Shown here: piece by piece, positions 42,586 through 55,830 of the stretch
Position numbering within the stretch: the first letter of the stretch is position 1
Layout: every line of letters begins with the position of its first letter
Source: Octopus vulgaris
Taxonomy: Eukaryota
Reading direction: 5' to 3'
Length of the DNA: 64,000 bases
Assembly (NCBI GenBank): GCA_951406725.2
Contig: OX597825.1
Span: forward strand, 79,608,001 to 79,672,000
Program-made: the position numbers and the translations under genes
Notes under the pieces: generated by a model
Databases searched by the model: none
Told to the model about the DNA's origin: nothing
The model's input: only the letters and a program-made list of their open reading frames with translations

Positions 42586-42604
42586 TTATTTATTATATAG
42601 AAGG

Positions 42605-42655
42605 AGCTTCTACAGGACTAGAACTGTTTCATTCAAGAGAAGTCTTCAGGAAGCT
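42605..42655 (-). ncRNA. Type I hammerhead ribozyme candidate (- strand mirror copy)
   Basis: Same fold on the other arm of the palindrome, with C-U at the base of stem II. Confidence 0.6.
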
Positions 42656-42702
42656 TCCTGAAGATTTCTCTTGAATGAAACAGTTCTAGTCCTGTAGAAG
42701 CT
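42652..42702 (+). ncRNA. Type I hammerhead ribozyme candidate (+ strand)
   Basis: Stem I agcttc/gaagct, core CTGAAGA 42658-42664, stem II ttc-tctt-gaa (U-U at base), GAAA 42677-42680, stem III acag/ctgt with 8-nt loop, GTA triplet 42694-42696. Confidence 0.65.
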
Positions 42703-42785
42703 CCTTCTATATAATAAATTAATTTTACTCTGCTATGTATTGAGTACCTTATTTACTGTGGTTAACCCCGAATCAACCCGGGACC

Positions 42786-42836
<51 letters not shown>

Positions 42837-42837
42837 A

Positions 42838-42916
<79 letters not shown>

Positions 42917-42988
42917 ATGTATATATATTATATATATAATATATATATTTGTATGTATATATGTATATATATAATATATTTGTATATA

Positions 42989-43035
<47 letters not shown>

Positions 43036-43152
43036 TACATACACATCTATATGTACATATTTATTCCGTAGGTATATATATGTATTTTGTTCGCTTCAGC
43101 TATGCAGCTGTGGTCCACACACACACACACACACATGCACAAGCACGCACAA

Positions 43153-43202
<50 letters not shown>

Positions 43203-43964
43203 GTCTATGTGTACGTATATCCATCTATCCCAGTAAGTGTGTGTCTGGTGTGTGTGTGTGTGCGTGTATATGTGTGTGCGTGTGTGTGTGTGTATGTGTA
43301 TGTGTGTATGTGTGCGTGCGTCCGTCCGCGTGTGTGTGCGTGTGTGCGCAGGCATGTGTACCAGATACAGCTACCATGTCGCTCCTGTAAAGAACTTTCT
43401 CAGTGCAGAAAATTCCCAAACCCCGCCTGGGTTTTAATCGCATTTTAATGTTGTGTCGCGTTCAGTTTGTTATTTTTCTTTGTTCAATTGTTTGTAGTTT
43501 GCACTAAGATCGAATGTAATGTTGTATTTGCCCTGCCTTCAATTTGTCTTTATCTTGCAAACAAGCACTACAGGACCCAAACAGAGGAACCCTATATGTG
43601 GTTTCTTGGCCTGCTAGAAATAGCAACCAAATCTTCTTCAAATTGTACGTCGTCGTCTTAGTAAAACATAGACACGCGCACACAGAAGTAAAAATGAAAG
43701 AGATGGATTAATTGGAATATGTTACACGGGATGGTCACGAATGGAAAGTTTTTATTCATAGGTATGCTCATTTAGAACCAACCTGAAGTTAAATAAAAGA
43801 AGAGCAGCAATATCGACAAAAACAAAACCTACAATAAAAACGAGAATGACAATAACAACAATAACAACAACCCTTTGAGCGACCGAATCGTTTTCTTTGC
43901 GGTTGTAAGACTGTCTCGAAATAACAGCCAGATATTCACTTACATAATGTACATACACACACAC

Positions 43965-44013
<49 letters not shown>

Positions 44014-44399
44014 TCACAAACGCACACACACACTGACTCACAAACGCACACACACACAATACAAAGAATCGTATCGAAAAGTGATTTAAGCATATCCTGA
44101 AAACGTAATACAGAAAACCCGGAAGTGCCACCATTACTTTTCTATTAAGGTTCCGTGCTTCATCAACAATATTGTCGGATTTAGTGTAAAAGCGATAAGA
44201 GCAAAATCTGTGTTTGTCCCTTTGCAATGCTTAACAACCGGTGTTGGCTTGTTTACACTCCGGTAACTTGTCGATTCAGTGAAAGTAACATAGAACAAGT
44301 ACTAAACTTGAAAAATAAGATCTGTATTCACCTTTCAAGGCGGTGCTCCAGCATGGCCGTAGTCCAATGACTGAGACAAATAAAAGATAAAAGTTATCA

Positions 44400-44870
44400 T
44401 ACCGTAAATCCTCGAGTATAGTCCGCCGTTGAGTATAATACGCAGGGGAATTTTAGGGGGCTGCAGCTCTGAAAAACCTAAACCTTGTGTATAATACGCA
44501 CCCCTTCTCTAACTTGAGTCAACGAAGTCTATATAACGTCTTTGGTTTGTAAAAATGTATACGGTAACGTCCTTTATTATTATTTTACATATAATATAAT
44601 GCAAACGTGTAGCTTTTTTGTGCATTTTGTTGCAGAAAATAAAGAAATAACAGTAATAACGTTTAATAAATGTTGCTTACTGCAAGTTATGGATGGTTCT
44701 TTTATGACTTCATTGCTTTCAGGCTTAGCTTAAAATATTTTGTGGGATTGACCACAAAAGCACATTGTTGCGAAACGAACTTTTTGAATAATCTCTAGTC
44801 ATATTGTACCAGGCGTTGCATTCAGGTTGTTACATTCTTCAACTTGTATTGGTCCTAAGTTTACATAATT
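44400..44870. mobile_element. Partial DNA transposon end (TACCGTA-type terminus)
   Basis: taccgtaaatcctcgagtatagtccgc with internal repeats of gtataatacgca. Second end not seen, right boundary approximate. Confidence 0.45.
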
Positions 44871-44909
44871 CATATTTTTTCCTTTTCTAATTTCGATCCC
44901 AGTTCCCTA

Positions 44910-45975
44910 TTGGTGCTCATTTTATCAACTCCCTAAAGACTGAAAGGGAAAGTCGACTTCCAAAGAATTTGATCTCAGAACGTAAAACCGGAAGAATTAC
45001 CGCTAAACATTCTGCAACTCACCGGCCTTAGTAACGGTCTCAGATTTGGGCACAGAGCCAGCATCTTTTGAGGGGAGGGGGAAATCGGTTACATCGACAC
45101 CAGTGCCCCGTTTTATTGACCCCGAAACGATGAAGGGCAAAGTCGACTTAGGCCCAATTTGAATTCTGAACTTAGAGCCGGAAGAAATGCCGCTAAGCAG
45201 TTTGTCCGGCATGCAAACCATTCTACTGGTTCACCGACCTTTGTAACCATTTCAAGTTTTGACGCAAGAGCCAACAGGTTTTAAAGGAGAAAGAAAGTCG
45301 ATTATGTCGACCCCAGTGTTCAACTGGTACCTGTTTTTGTGACCTCGAAAGAATGAAAGTTGAGGTCGTGATTAACGGAATTTGAATTCTGAACGTAAAA
45401 CCGGAAGTAGTTTGTCCGGCGTGCTAACGATTCTAGCAGCTCACTGGCTTTTTCAAATTTTTGACAGGCCCAGCAGATTTTGAGGGGCCTTTTGACAGGC
45501 CCAGCAGATTTTGAGGGGACAAATAGTAATAAAACTCAATGATCGCTTAGTATGAACAATCTCGCTGTAATTCTTCTGATGGGGAATTTCTGGGTTCGTT
45601 CTCTGGATTATTAATATTATCAGGAGTATAAATTTCAAACAATTACAAAGATCCCAGTATTTGAGTGTAGTCTTTGTAATCGACTTTCCCTTGGCAGCAT
45701 TTCAACTCAGAAAGGAAAAAGTCGGAAGAAATGCTAGTAAGCATTTTGTCCGGCGTGCTAACGATTCTGCCAGCTCACTGTCCTTTTCAAATTTTGACAG
45801 GCCCAGCAGTTTTTGAGGGGTCTTTTGACAGGCCCAGCAGATTTTGACCCCAGTATTTGATTGGAGTCGTTGTAATCGACTTTCCCCTGGCAGCATTTCA
45901 ACTCAGAAAGGAAAGAGTCGGAAGAAATGCTACTAAGCATTTTGTCCGGCGTGCTAACGATTCTGCCAGCTCGTC
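44910..45975 (-). mobile_element. Cluster of diverged family-A SINE pieces with local tandem duplications
   Basis: 45653-45776 repeats at 45849-45972 (196-bp period). A 30-bp tandem (ttttgacaggcccagcag...) occurs at ~45459 and ~45792. Confidence 0.75.
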
Positions 45976-46385
45976 GCCATCAGCAAAGACATATAATTAA
46001 CACCAGAAACCAATACGAAGTACATTGGCGCCAGTAACAACAGCACCAACAACAACCACAACTGTAACAACAACAGCTGGAACAAGAATAAAAACAACAG
46101 CATTAACACTGTACTCGGTGAATATTTGAATAAATGCGTTCGACTTAATTTAATTTCACACCTCATCAAAATCAACAATTACGCACACATAATGGCCAAG
46201 CTATTCCATTTCTTATCCAATCCTCACCCAACAAAACATTGTTAAAAACTTTACACCGCGACCCACCTTCCTCCTTGCCCATCACCAAAGTCCGGTCTTC
46301 CCTCTACAATTATTATGTAAGACCTAATCTTCCTCCCGAACCCTCCTCCCGCCTCTTTCCTTCCTTACCCTCTCACTCTCATCCC

Positions 46386-46446
<61 letters not shown>

Positions 46447-46656
46447 AAAAATATAATTGTTTCTGACTGAATAAGAACAAAGCAAATAAGATTTTTAGTG
46501 ATATAATGCAAAAGATATATTTTTTAAAAGCCAAGCTAATGAGGGAGCCTCTACGTGGTTGCTAAACATGCTGAATATAGCAACCGAATCTCGCCTTATA
46601 CAAAGATATATGTATACACACACATATATATAAATGTACTCTCCCCAGACACAACA

Positions 46657-46785
<129 letters not shown>

Positions 46786-49229
46786 CATATTCATGCATAC
46801 ATACATATACATGCATATATATATATATATATACACACACACGTATGTATGTATGCATTATGTATGCATGCATGTATGAATATGCATATGTATATGTGCG
46901 TGTATGTGTGTGTATGTATATCTTATCTTTTATCTTTTGTTTCAGTCATTGAACTGCGCGCGCACGCACACACACACACACACACACACAGCCATACACA
47001 CAGGTAATTCTTCTGATGGGTAAATTCGGATTCGCTTCTCTGAGTTATGAATAATTAGAAAAAGATCTTTTTGAAGTTCTTGACAATTAAAAAGGATTTC
47101 TTATATTTATCAGAATGTCAATAACCTTTATGGAAGAAATATATATATATATATATACAAATATTCTATAATTGTAAGCATAATTATAATCAGGGGTCAG
47201 CTAATTGTTTCGCCACGCACCGAATTTAGAAATAGGAGTTAACATACCTTTTCTGCTACCATAAAGATCTCACACAAGAGAGCTAGGGAGAAGGGGAGAT
47301 AATAAAGTAGCGGTGATCCCAAAACGAATGTTCGCGTGCATGTGTATAAGTGAGTTTGTATGTGCGTGTGGAAGAGGGCTGGTGATCTTGACGTGTGCGT
47401 GTGTGTAGGTGTAGGTGTGGAAACGTGGGTCTACATATATATAAAAATATATATATAGAGAGAGAGAGAGAGGGGATAAATTATCTAGGCAGGAACCGTA
47501 ATAGCTCTCAGGTATGTTCCAGGTTACTGCTAACCTCATCAAGTTGTAATAAACCTCAATGATCGCTTAGTACGAACAATCCCGCTGTAATTCTTCCGAT
47601 GAAGAATTTCCGGGTTCGCTTCTCTGGATTATGAATATTATCAGGAACATAAATTTCAATCAATTACAAAGAATGCAGAAAGTGGTACATGTTCACATTT
47701 TTCTCTCACAGCATAAGTTGTTGGTTAAAATATATATACAAATATACGAGCACTGCAATTGTTGCACTCGACTCGCTCTCTCCCCTTAAAGTTTCTGACA
47801 TTAGAAGAATTTTTTTTATCGGAGTGGGGTTTTTGTTATTATTTTTTTAATCTAATTTTATTTATTTATGTCTTGTTTTTTTTTTGTTAACGAATCATGA
47901 CTAGTTGAAAGAAGGATTTGGAAACCATCTTAATTAATTTAATATCCAGACGTTCGTAGCAGACATGCTTGCTTAATGTGCTTTGTGGGAATTATGGTTC
48001 CCTACTCCGTCGACGATGGCAAAGAATGAAGAGGAGGTGGAGGTGGAGAAGTGAAGGGGAAGAAGAAGAAGAAGAAGAAGAAGAAGAAGAAGAAGAAGAA
48101 TGAAGAAGAAGAAGAAGAAGAAGAAGAAGAAGAAGAAGAAGAAGAAGAAGAAGAAGAAGAAGAAGAGCAACAACATCAACAACAACTGCTACAACTACTA
48201 CTAATACTACTATTTTTACAAATACTACTGCTGCTGCTACTACGACTACTACTACTACAAGATAATAGAAATCGTCTTCGGATACGAAGAAACTACTATC
48301 ATCAAATATATGTAGATTTTTAAGCATGTATAAATTGTAAGTTACTCAGCGTATACGGGTGTATGAAAGTGGAACCGAGTGTGTGTAATTCTAAGCGTAT
48401 GTGTTTTGAGTAGCGTAACCCAGTTAAATGGTAAGATTCTGGGTCACAGGTCGGTCAATACCTCCTTCAATTGATCTTTTCAAAGGAATACATAAAGCTC
48501 TTTCCCTTCATGAAGTAAATGTATGCTAACTTTTTGTCCGCTATTGAGAAATGCCTTCGAGCAACGATGTAATATCCTTGGTAACACAACTCTATCATAA
48601 CTTTTCCCTGTTGCTGGCAACGAAAACAAAAGAAAATATTTCGATCGTTATTTTCTCCGGTAGGGTTTAGGCTGACACATTTTGCACGTAAAATGGTGAG
48701 AGATATACTCCCCAATGAAAATTCCTCTTGTGTATTTTTGCAATGTACACATTTTTATTGTTTTATTTGTGTATTTAGCTTCTCTGCTTTTCTGTTTTTG
48801 TTTTTGTTTAGCATTTTTGCTGTAATTTTGTGGGCGTGTACTGTTGTTTGAAATGCCTGATGGCAGGAAAAAAAAAAGGAATTTGTTTGGCAAGTTAAAT
48901 AAAATCTCGTCTTGCTTTCCAAACAAGTCTACACGACACAACACGAAAAATAAACACCCGATTCCTTGAAAAATCAACAACATGTAATCTGCAACGAGGA
49001 GCGCCACGGAAAGACATGCTGCAGCGGCAAAAATAAACTACAACAGCAACAACAACAACAATAACAGCGACGACGTCGGCGGCGGTAGTGGTGGTGGTGG
49101 TGGTGGTGGTGATAATAATAACAATAACGACGACGACGATGACGATGACAATGATGACGATGATAGTAGTGGTGGTGGTGGTGGTGGTGGTCTGTGGTAA
49201 TAGCAACAGCAATAACAAAAACAACTATA

Positions 49230-49523
49230 CAAGAAGAAGAATAAGAAGAAGAAGAAAAAGAAGAAGAAGAAGAAGAAGAAGAAGAAGAAGAAGAAAAAGA
49301 AGAAGAAAAAGAAGAAGAAGAAGAAGAAGAAGAAGAAGAAGAAGAAGAAGAAGAAGAAGAAGAAGAAGAAGAAGAAGAAGAAGAAGAAGAAGAAGAAGAA
49401 GAAGAAGAAGAAGAAGAAGAAGAAGAAGAAGAAGAAGAAGAAGAAGAAGAAGAAGAAGAAGAAGAAGGAGAAGAAGAAGAAGGAGAAGAAGAAGAAGAAA
49501 AAGAAGAAGAAAAAGAAGAAGAA

Positions 49524-49555
<32 letters not shown>

Positions 49556-49557
49556 AA

Positions 49558-49591
<34 letters not shown>

Positions 49592-49640
49592 AGAAGAAGA
49601 AGAAGAAGAAGAAGAAGAAGAAGAAGAAGAAGAAGAAGAA
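49230..49640 (+). repeat. ~410-bp (GAA)n polypurine tract
   Basis: Direct reading, essentially all purine. Confidence 0.97.
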
Positions 49641-49839
49641 TTGTTTAATTTATTGGCCACAAGGGTCCATACATTCATACAGAAACGTGCTTCAAAGGCG
49701 TTTACAGGACGTGCAGAGACATAGAAATGCAATTATATAAAATGAAGAAGGGTCGGAGTCAGAGGGGGGGGGCAGAGAGTTTATTACAATAAAGCGATAT
49801 TTAAAATTTGATACAAATAAATTCATGAAATGAATAAAG

Positions 49840-49878
<39 letters not shown>

Positions 49879-50885
49879 AAGTAATTACGCTCGCGTCCGA
49901 ATGTCTTATCTTCAATTAATACCAAGTCTACATCATTCAGCCTCGTCCAGACCGTTCAACAGATCCATCTGTAACTCATCTATTATACAACACACTCTTC
50001 AATCTTTTCAGGAACAGACTTCTACCTCCCCATGGGTCCTACGCGCCTTCCGTTCAAATGCATTCTATTTCCTGCTGTCTTCCTTTCCTTTTTTGCCGTC
50101 AGTTTCCCAATCCTCTCCAACCTCGATTAGATCCCCGTCGACGCAAAAAATATTCTTGATGTTCTTGAAACAGAAAATTCCAGATCTTATCGCTGTTTCT
50201 GCCACTGTTACAGTTCTTTGTTTCGCTTCATTCATTATCCCCTTGTCCTTTAAGCAGAAATCCCTCAAGTGATTGTTACTTCCACATATATAACAGCTGG
50301 GTATTCCCTAGTTTAATGTCTTTTCTTCATTCACACACACAGCAGAGTATAGCTGCAAGATGTCCCTGTAGTCTTCTAGGGAGTCATCAGGCCCTGCATT
50401 CCTATGCAGACTCCATCTGGCGACTTGATATTTTTCTTAGCCTCAGTATTTTACCGCAAAAGTGCTAACGGTTCGTGGGTTAACGCCTGTATCAATGTTC
50501 TTCTCCGTCATCCTGTTTTGTGACACCTTGTATATAGTGTGACGTGAACGTGTTAAGCCGGTGTGAGGTGCAACAACTCAGTCTGCTGTCTTGCTTTGCC
50601 CTATGTTTTGAAGACCTACCTTACGTTTCTATATTCCAGACTCCAGCTTTAGTTGTTCTTTACAGGCGTATAGAAGCGAAGTTTGGTAGAACATAGGTGT
50701 TACTCCCTTCGATATATTCCAAAGGCAAGGAGGTACTGGCCTTTGCAACATACCTCTTCCATGTTCTTTTTTTCGCAGGAAGTATTGAGCAGGTACTTAA
50801 TTTTATCATCCCCAAAAGGACAAAAAGTAAAGTTGACCTCGGTGTGATCTGAAGTAGATTGCCTACTTCACTACATAGTGAAGTA

Positions 50886-51267
50886 GGCAATCTTCACTAT
50901 GGATTCGGCCGATAGCCGGATCCGTCCTACACGTGACAGTAGCTGTTCGACATAAACCCATAGTTCAGCAATACTCGGGCACTGAACGAATGCATGCAGA
51001 ACGGTTCGGTAGCACTGCCAGGCGAGCGACCTCTGGAAATTGTCCATCGGCCCCGGCCCGAAAGTCCTCCCGAACAGACCGCTCAGTTCGTTATCGTCAA
51101 CGCCTAGAGTTTCCCCGAGAACGTCGTCGCATTTTTCCTCCACTAACCCTCTATAGAACGCTCGAGTGGAGCTGAAACCGATCGCATTGCCCGCCTGGCG
51201 GAGGGCGGAGAGAGCTTGACGGCACTCGAGGTGCCAAGCGCCCTTTCTCGGTCTACGTTTGATCCAG
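50886..51267 (-). pseudogene. L1/Tx1-clade LINE ORF2 C-terminal fragment (zf-RVT region)
   Basis: GC-rich. ...RAFYRGLVEEKCDD...FQRSLAWQCYR|TVLHAFVQCPSIAELW... The H-x4-C half of the zinc knuckle is present, the CxxC half is missing. Confidence 0.75.
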
Positions 51268-51289
51268 GTCTGTTAGTAGTAGTAGTAGT

Positions 51290-51444
<155 letters not shown>

Positions 51445-51997
51445 CAGCAGCAGCAGTAGTAGTAGTAGAAGTTGTAGTAGTGTTGGTGGTGGTGGTGGTG
51501 GTGCTGGTGCTGGTGCTGGTGATGGTGATGATGATGATAACAAAATAACAGTAGCGTTATTTTTCTGTATTGGCTGCAAGGGCCTACCATTTGATACGAA
51601 GCATGTCAGACAGAGAGATTATCAGGCAAATGCAATTATCGAAGGAGTGTGGGGGAGGTGGGTGTGATACGACACACAGAACGGGTTAAAAACTGAATAC
51701 AATACAAAATATAATAGAAACGAATAACGAAATTCAACAGAATTGCAGAGTGAAAAAGAACAAACTCATCACCATCGTCATCATCATCATCATCATCATT
51801 ATCATTTACGTTACTGTTTTGTTTTATTTATACTGTTCCCAGTTTTATCCGGAGACCTCAAGTAATAGCAAGTCCGTCATTTTACAAAGGGTTTTATTTG
51901 TGATTAGCAAAATTACTTCTCAGAATCTGAGAAGTAATATTCTATTAAATTTGTAAGATTTTAGTTTCCAGAAAGTTTTGAGAAAAATCATTTATTT

Positions 51998-52345
51998 TCA
52001 TGTTGACAATGTCTTTTTTAGGGTGTGGGCATTATCCATGCGGACAGTGTTTTTGTCGCTCTTGAAATTTCCTGGAATTGGCCATAGTGTTTAAGAATGC
52101 CTTTGGTATTGTTGCCAAAGTTCTGTTGATTACAGGAATCGTTGTTGCTTTTAGATGCCACATTTTTTGATATCTCTATTTCAAGTTCCGTAGATTTATT
52201 TAGCTTTACGAAAGGTTTTACAGACGTGTTGTTCTCTGCTGGGATTGATATATCTATGAACAGACATATTTTGTCAACGTGATTTTTAATCACAATATCT
52301 AGTCTATTAGCAAGTATAGCACGATCTGCTTGGATACTAAAATGT
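51998..52345 (-). pseudogene. R4/Dong-like LINE restriction-like endonuclease C-terminal remnant
   Basis: IQADRAILANRLDIVIKN...CLFIDISIP...KLNKSTELEIEISK / MWHLKATTIPVI / NAHTLKKTLST*. Matches 'NRPDIV..LIDVSIP..K..KY.DL..E..RMW..TAHILR'. Confidence 0.8.
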
Positions 52346-52382
52346 CAAAGAATGGTGATAACTTTAATTTTTACGACTTTGT

Positions 52383-52750
52383 GCAGGCGTAATTTTGTGG
52401 CTAAGAAGCTCATTTTGCAATCACATGGTTTAGGGTTCAGTTCCTCTGCGTGGTACCTTGAGCAAGTGTCTTCTACTATAATATAATCCCAGCCCTTGTG
52501 AGTTAAAGTGGAAGATTGAAATTGTGTGGTAAACCCATTGTATACATGTAACATACTTATGCTTGACAACCAGTGTCGGTTTGTTTATATCCTCACAACT
52601 TATGTAAAATCTCGGCAAAGTGAGACCGTTTGAATAAGTACCAGACTTAAAAAGTAAATACTAGGGTCGACCTTTTCAACTAAAACACTTTAAGGTGGTA
52701 CCCCAGCATGGCCGTAGTCTAATGATTGAAACAAGTACCAGATAAAAGAC
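52383..52750 (+). mobile_element. SINE family B (diverged)
   Basis: Head, body and tail are collinear with 25100-25509. Confidence 0.8.
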
Positions 52751-54220
52751 AATTCAGGTTATGCAGTGGAAGCGGCTCTGTAATGCAAATATTACCAATA
52801 CCGCATACGTCATGCACCAGTGACGCTTAAAAGCCATGGACTGCGGTTTATCGTCCGAGAGAAAGCCCTCCCTTTGAAGAGGTATAGGATTAAAAAACCA
52901 CAATATACTTCAAAGGTAGGTGAAATTAAAGTGACCCAGAAGCGAATTTGAGAGCTGTAGATATGTATTTCGCTGTAAATGCAGCTTATCAATACCGTGC
53001 ACTCGGATCACTTCCGAAACGAAGTCGGTATCTCTAGCCTGAAGTATATACAATAGTGTAAAAACTATTTGCTGATTTGCAATAACGCTACACAAGTAGA
53101 ATAAAATCAGATTATGCAATCTGAGGCATCTCTGTAATGTAAACATCATCAATGTAACATACTTAACGTTCATGCGTTGTTCAAACGCCAGATAATATAG
53201 ACACAGACGATGAGATGACAGAAAAGATATATCAACAACAAAACTATACTCGTAATGTATTACTGTGCGAGGAAAACAATGAAAAGAGACTTTGTGAGGC
53301 CAAAATGTTGACAGATGTGATTGCTTAGCAGTTACAGAGCCTCTGCATGGTTGCTCGAATTGCTAGAAATAGCAGCTAAATCTCTCACAATTCAAACGCT
53401 AATGTCTTAAATAAAGATTACGTTGAATAATGAGGTTCTGAATATCATGCTCGTAAGAAAAAAAATTGAGATGCTCACGGCTAGAACGCTTTCAAAGAAA
53501 TGTCTAATCGGTCAGTGTTGACCTGGAACTGAAAAACAACTTAGAAATTATGTCATCAGATATGGCTTTGAGGTTTCGAGCCCTAAGGGAGCCTTCATAT
53601 CATTACTAGAAATAAGAGTTAGAAATAGCAGCCAAATCTCTCTCAATTCCCAGGTATCAGTGTATATAGGATGGAATGGTCAAAAATAGAATATCTCTGG
53701 TCATAGACTTGACCAATCAGGACCAAAGAACAAAGCATTTTCTTCAATAATCGATCCGCCAGAATTTCGCCTCAGCATTTACATTATAGAGTAAACAACG
53801 TTATAGAATAGGCCTACGCAACCTTTTTCGGGGAAAAGGCCGCTTGAGACGTAGCTCATCATTAAGTGGACTGCACAACTAAAAGATTCAAGGTAATTTT
53901 TCGTTAGGCGGCCATTCAGAAAAATCCCGTGGGCAGCGGTTTGCCCCATAGAGTATATAAATATATCTGTGAGTTAATAAGGAATCTACTACGTGCTCGA
54001 TCGACAAATCTCTTTCACAGGCCTTAATGCTTTGAAGAAAAAAGTGGGTGGGGAGGACGATGAGAGATTACTTGGGAAAGAAAAGTAAATTCAAACGCCA
54101 TTTTGCTTCTCTGCCTCCTTCTGCCTTTAGTTAGTTAGTTAGTTAATTAAGGGTCTAACAAGACGTTGTAAAACCATGAGGTTTTTTCTTCCTTCACTTT
54201 GAAGAGCTGTTGTAGGCCGG

Positions 54221-54276
54221 TAGGGTCTGATGAGAGGTTGTACGTGCTTTATGGACGCAAAACCCTGGTAACCCTA
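54221..54276 (+). ncRNA. Hammerhead-ribozyme-like motif with one core substitution
   Basis: tagggt-CTGATGA-g...c-AAAA-cc-ct-gg-TA-acccta. Perfect 6-bp stem I and GUA triplet, but GAAA reads AAAA. Confidence 0.5.
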
Positions 54277-54291
54277 TAAACATACACGTAT

Positions 54292-54343
<52 letters not shown>

Positions 54344-54390
54344 ACACACATATATATATACACACACATAAAAAGATACACACACATATA

Positions 54391-54747
54391 CAAACCTGGG
54401 CACCAAACCGTTAATTCGTTAATCGTCAATTAACGAAGTTAACATTTTCTTTAACAATTTAACTTTGGAAATCATTATCGGAGTAATTAACCTCCGTTAA
54501 ATTTAACTTCTGTTAATTAATGTCAATTTGAGTTAATTTCTGTTAACTTCAATTCAATTGAAATTAACGGATTTTTATAATTTTGGCACTTTTTAAAGGT
54601 GTTTTTTGGGTAGTTTTAAAGCAAAAACTGATGTTTTTGTTTGTTTTCCATAATAAAAATTAACGTTAACTTCTGTTACATTAGGAAATAATTAACTGAT
54701 TAACGGTTAACGAAGTTAACTTTTTGGATTAACGGTGCCCACTTTTG
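54391..54747. mobile_element. hAT-like MITE rich in TTAAC/GTTAA subterminal motifs
   Basis: TIRs caaacctgggcacc / rc caaaagtgggcacc, many gttaac/ttaacg repeats. Confidence 0.7.
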
Positions 54748-55106
54748 CATACATTCATACATGCACATACATGCGTATACATATACTTCCGTACACGCAT
54801 ATATTCATACATTCATATACGCCCATACATAGATATCCACACATACAAACATACATACATACATACATACATACATACATACATACATACATACATACAT
54901 GCATACATACATATTGAATCTAGATTAGAAACTGGCTCTTTCTCTATTGGCCAGCGATCTTGAAATAAGACTGAACACTAACACGCATGCATGCGCACAT
55001 CCATACATACATATATCCATATATACATGCATTCATACAAACATACATACACGCACACATAGATACATACATACATACACGCACACACGCACACACAGCA
55101 ACAGCA

Positions 55107-55160
<54 letters not shown>

Positions 55161-55429
55161 CTTATCTCATATATATTTCTCAAAATATTTCGTTTAGTCA
55201 TGATTCAGGACTTTTGCTAAACTCATTCTTTTTATCAGCTGATGAAAACTTAAACGGATTTCGCTTTTATCTGCAAACCATTATAAATAAATTCTAACCT
55301 CGCACCTCCCAACTATTTTACTCACCATTATGCTACGTTATGTTATCGTAAGCTCTAGGGTACACTTCAACCTATAGACTTAAGATCAAAAGCACTCCAA
55401 CCGTGACCTTCTTATGCAGTGTCTTTTTT

Positions 55430-55604
55430 TTTTTTACTTGTTTTCAGTTATAAGACTGCGGCCATACTGGAGCACCGCCTCGAAGAGGTCTTAGTCGAAT
55501 GAATTTTGTTTTCAAATCCTGGTACTTATTCTATCGATATCATTTGGCGAACCGCAAATGTTACGGCAAACCAAGCAACGCCGGTTGTCAAACTGCGGTG
55601 AGCA

Positions 55605-55643
<39 letters not shown>

Positions 55644-55830
55644 TCAAACACATACACACATACGCGCACACGCACACATATATATGACGGACTCCTTTCA
55701 GTTTCCGTCTACCAAATCCACTCACAAAGGTTTGGTCGGCCCGCGGCTATTGTAGAAGTGCCACGCTGTGGGACCGACCATGGAACCATGTGGTTGGGAA
55801 GCAAGCTTTTTACCACACAACCAGGCCTGC
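55430..55830 (-). mobile_element. SINE family B
   Basis: Reverse-complement match to 25100-25509. Confidence 0.85.

Larger units (their letters stand above)
42588..42719. repeat. 132-bp spacerless palindrome centred on AAGCTT
   Basis: 66-bp arms with a single mismatch (42642 G vs 42665 T). Confidence 0.97.

Noticed and set aside
49900-50650. Possible host exon or Hero/NeSL-type LINE remnant (LRDFCLKDKGIMNEAKQRTVTVAETAIRS)
   Set aside because: No diagnostic motif or clear splice pair could be established by eye
53810-53950. hAT/Charlie-like MITE remnants (also ~4085, ~20769, ~35077)
   Set aside because: Only partial terminal words are visible. Paired TIRs and TSDs could not be confirmed
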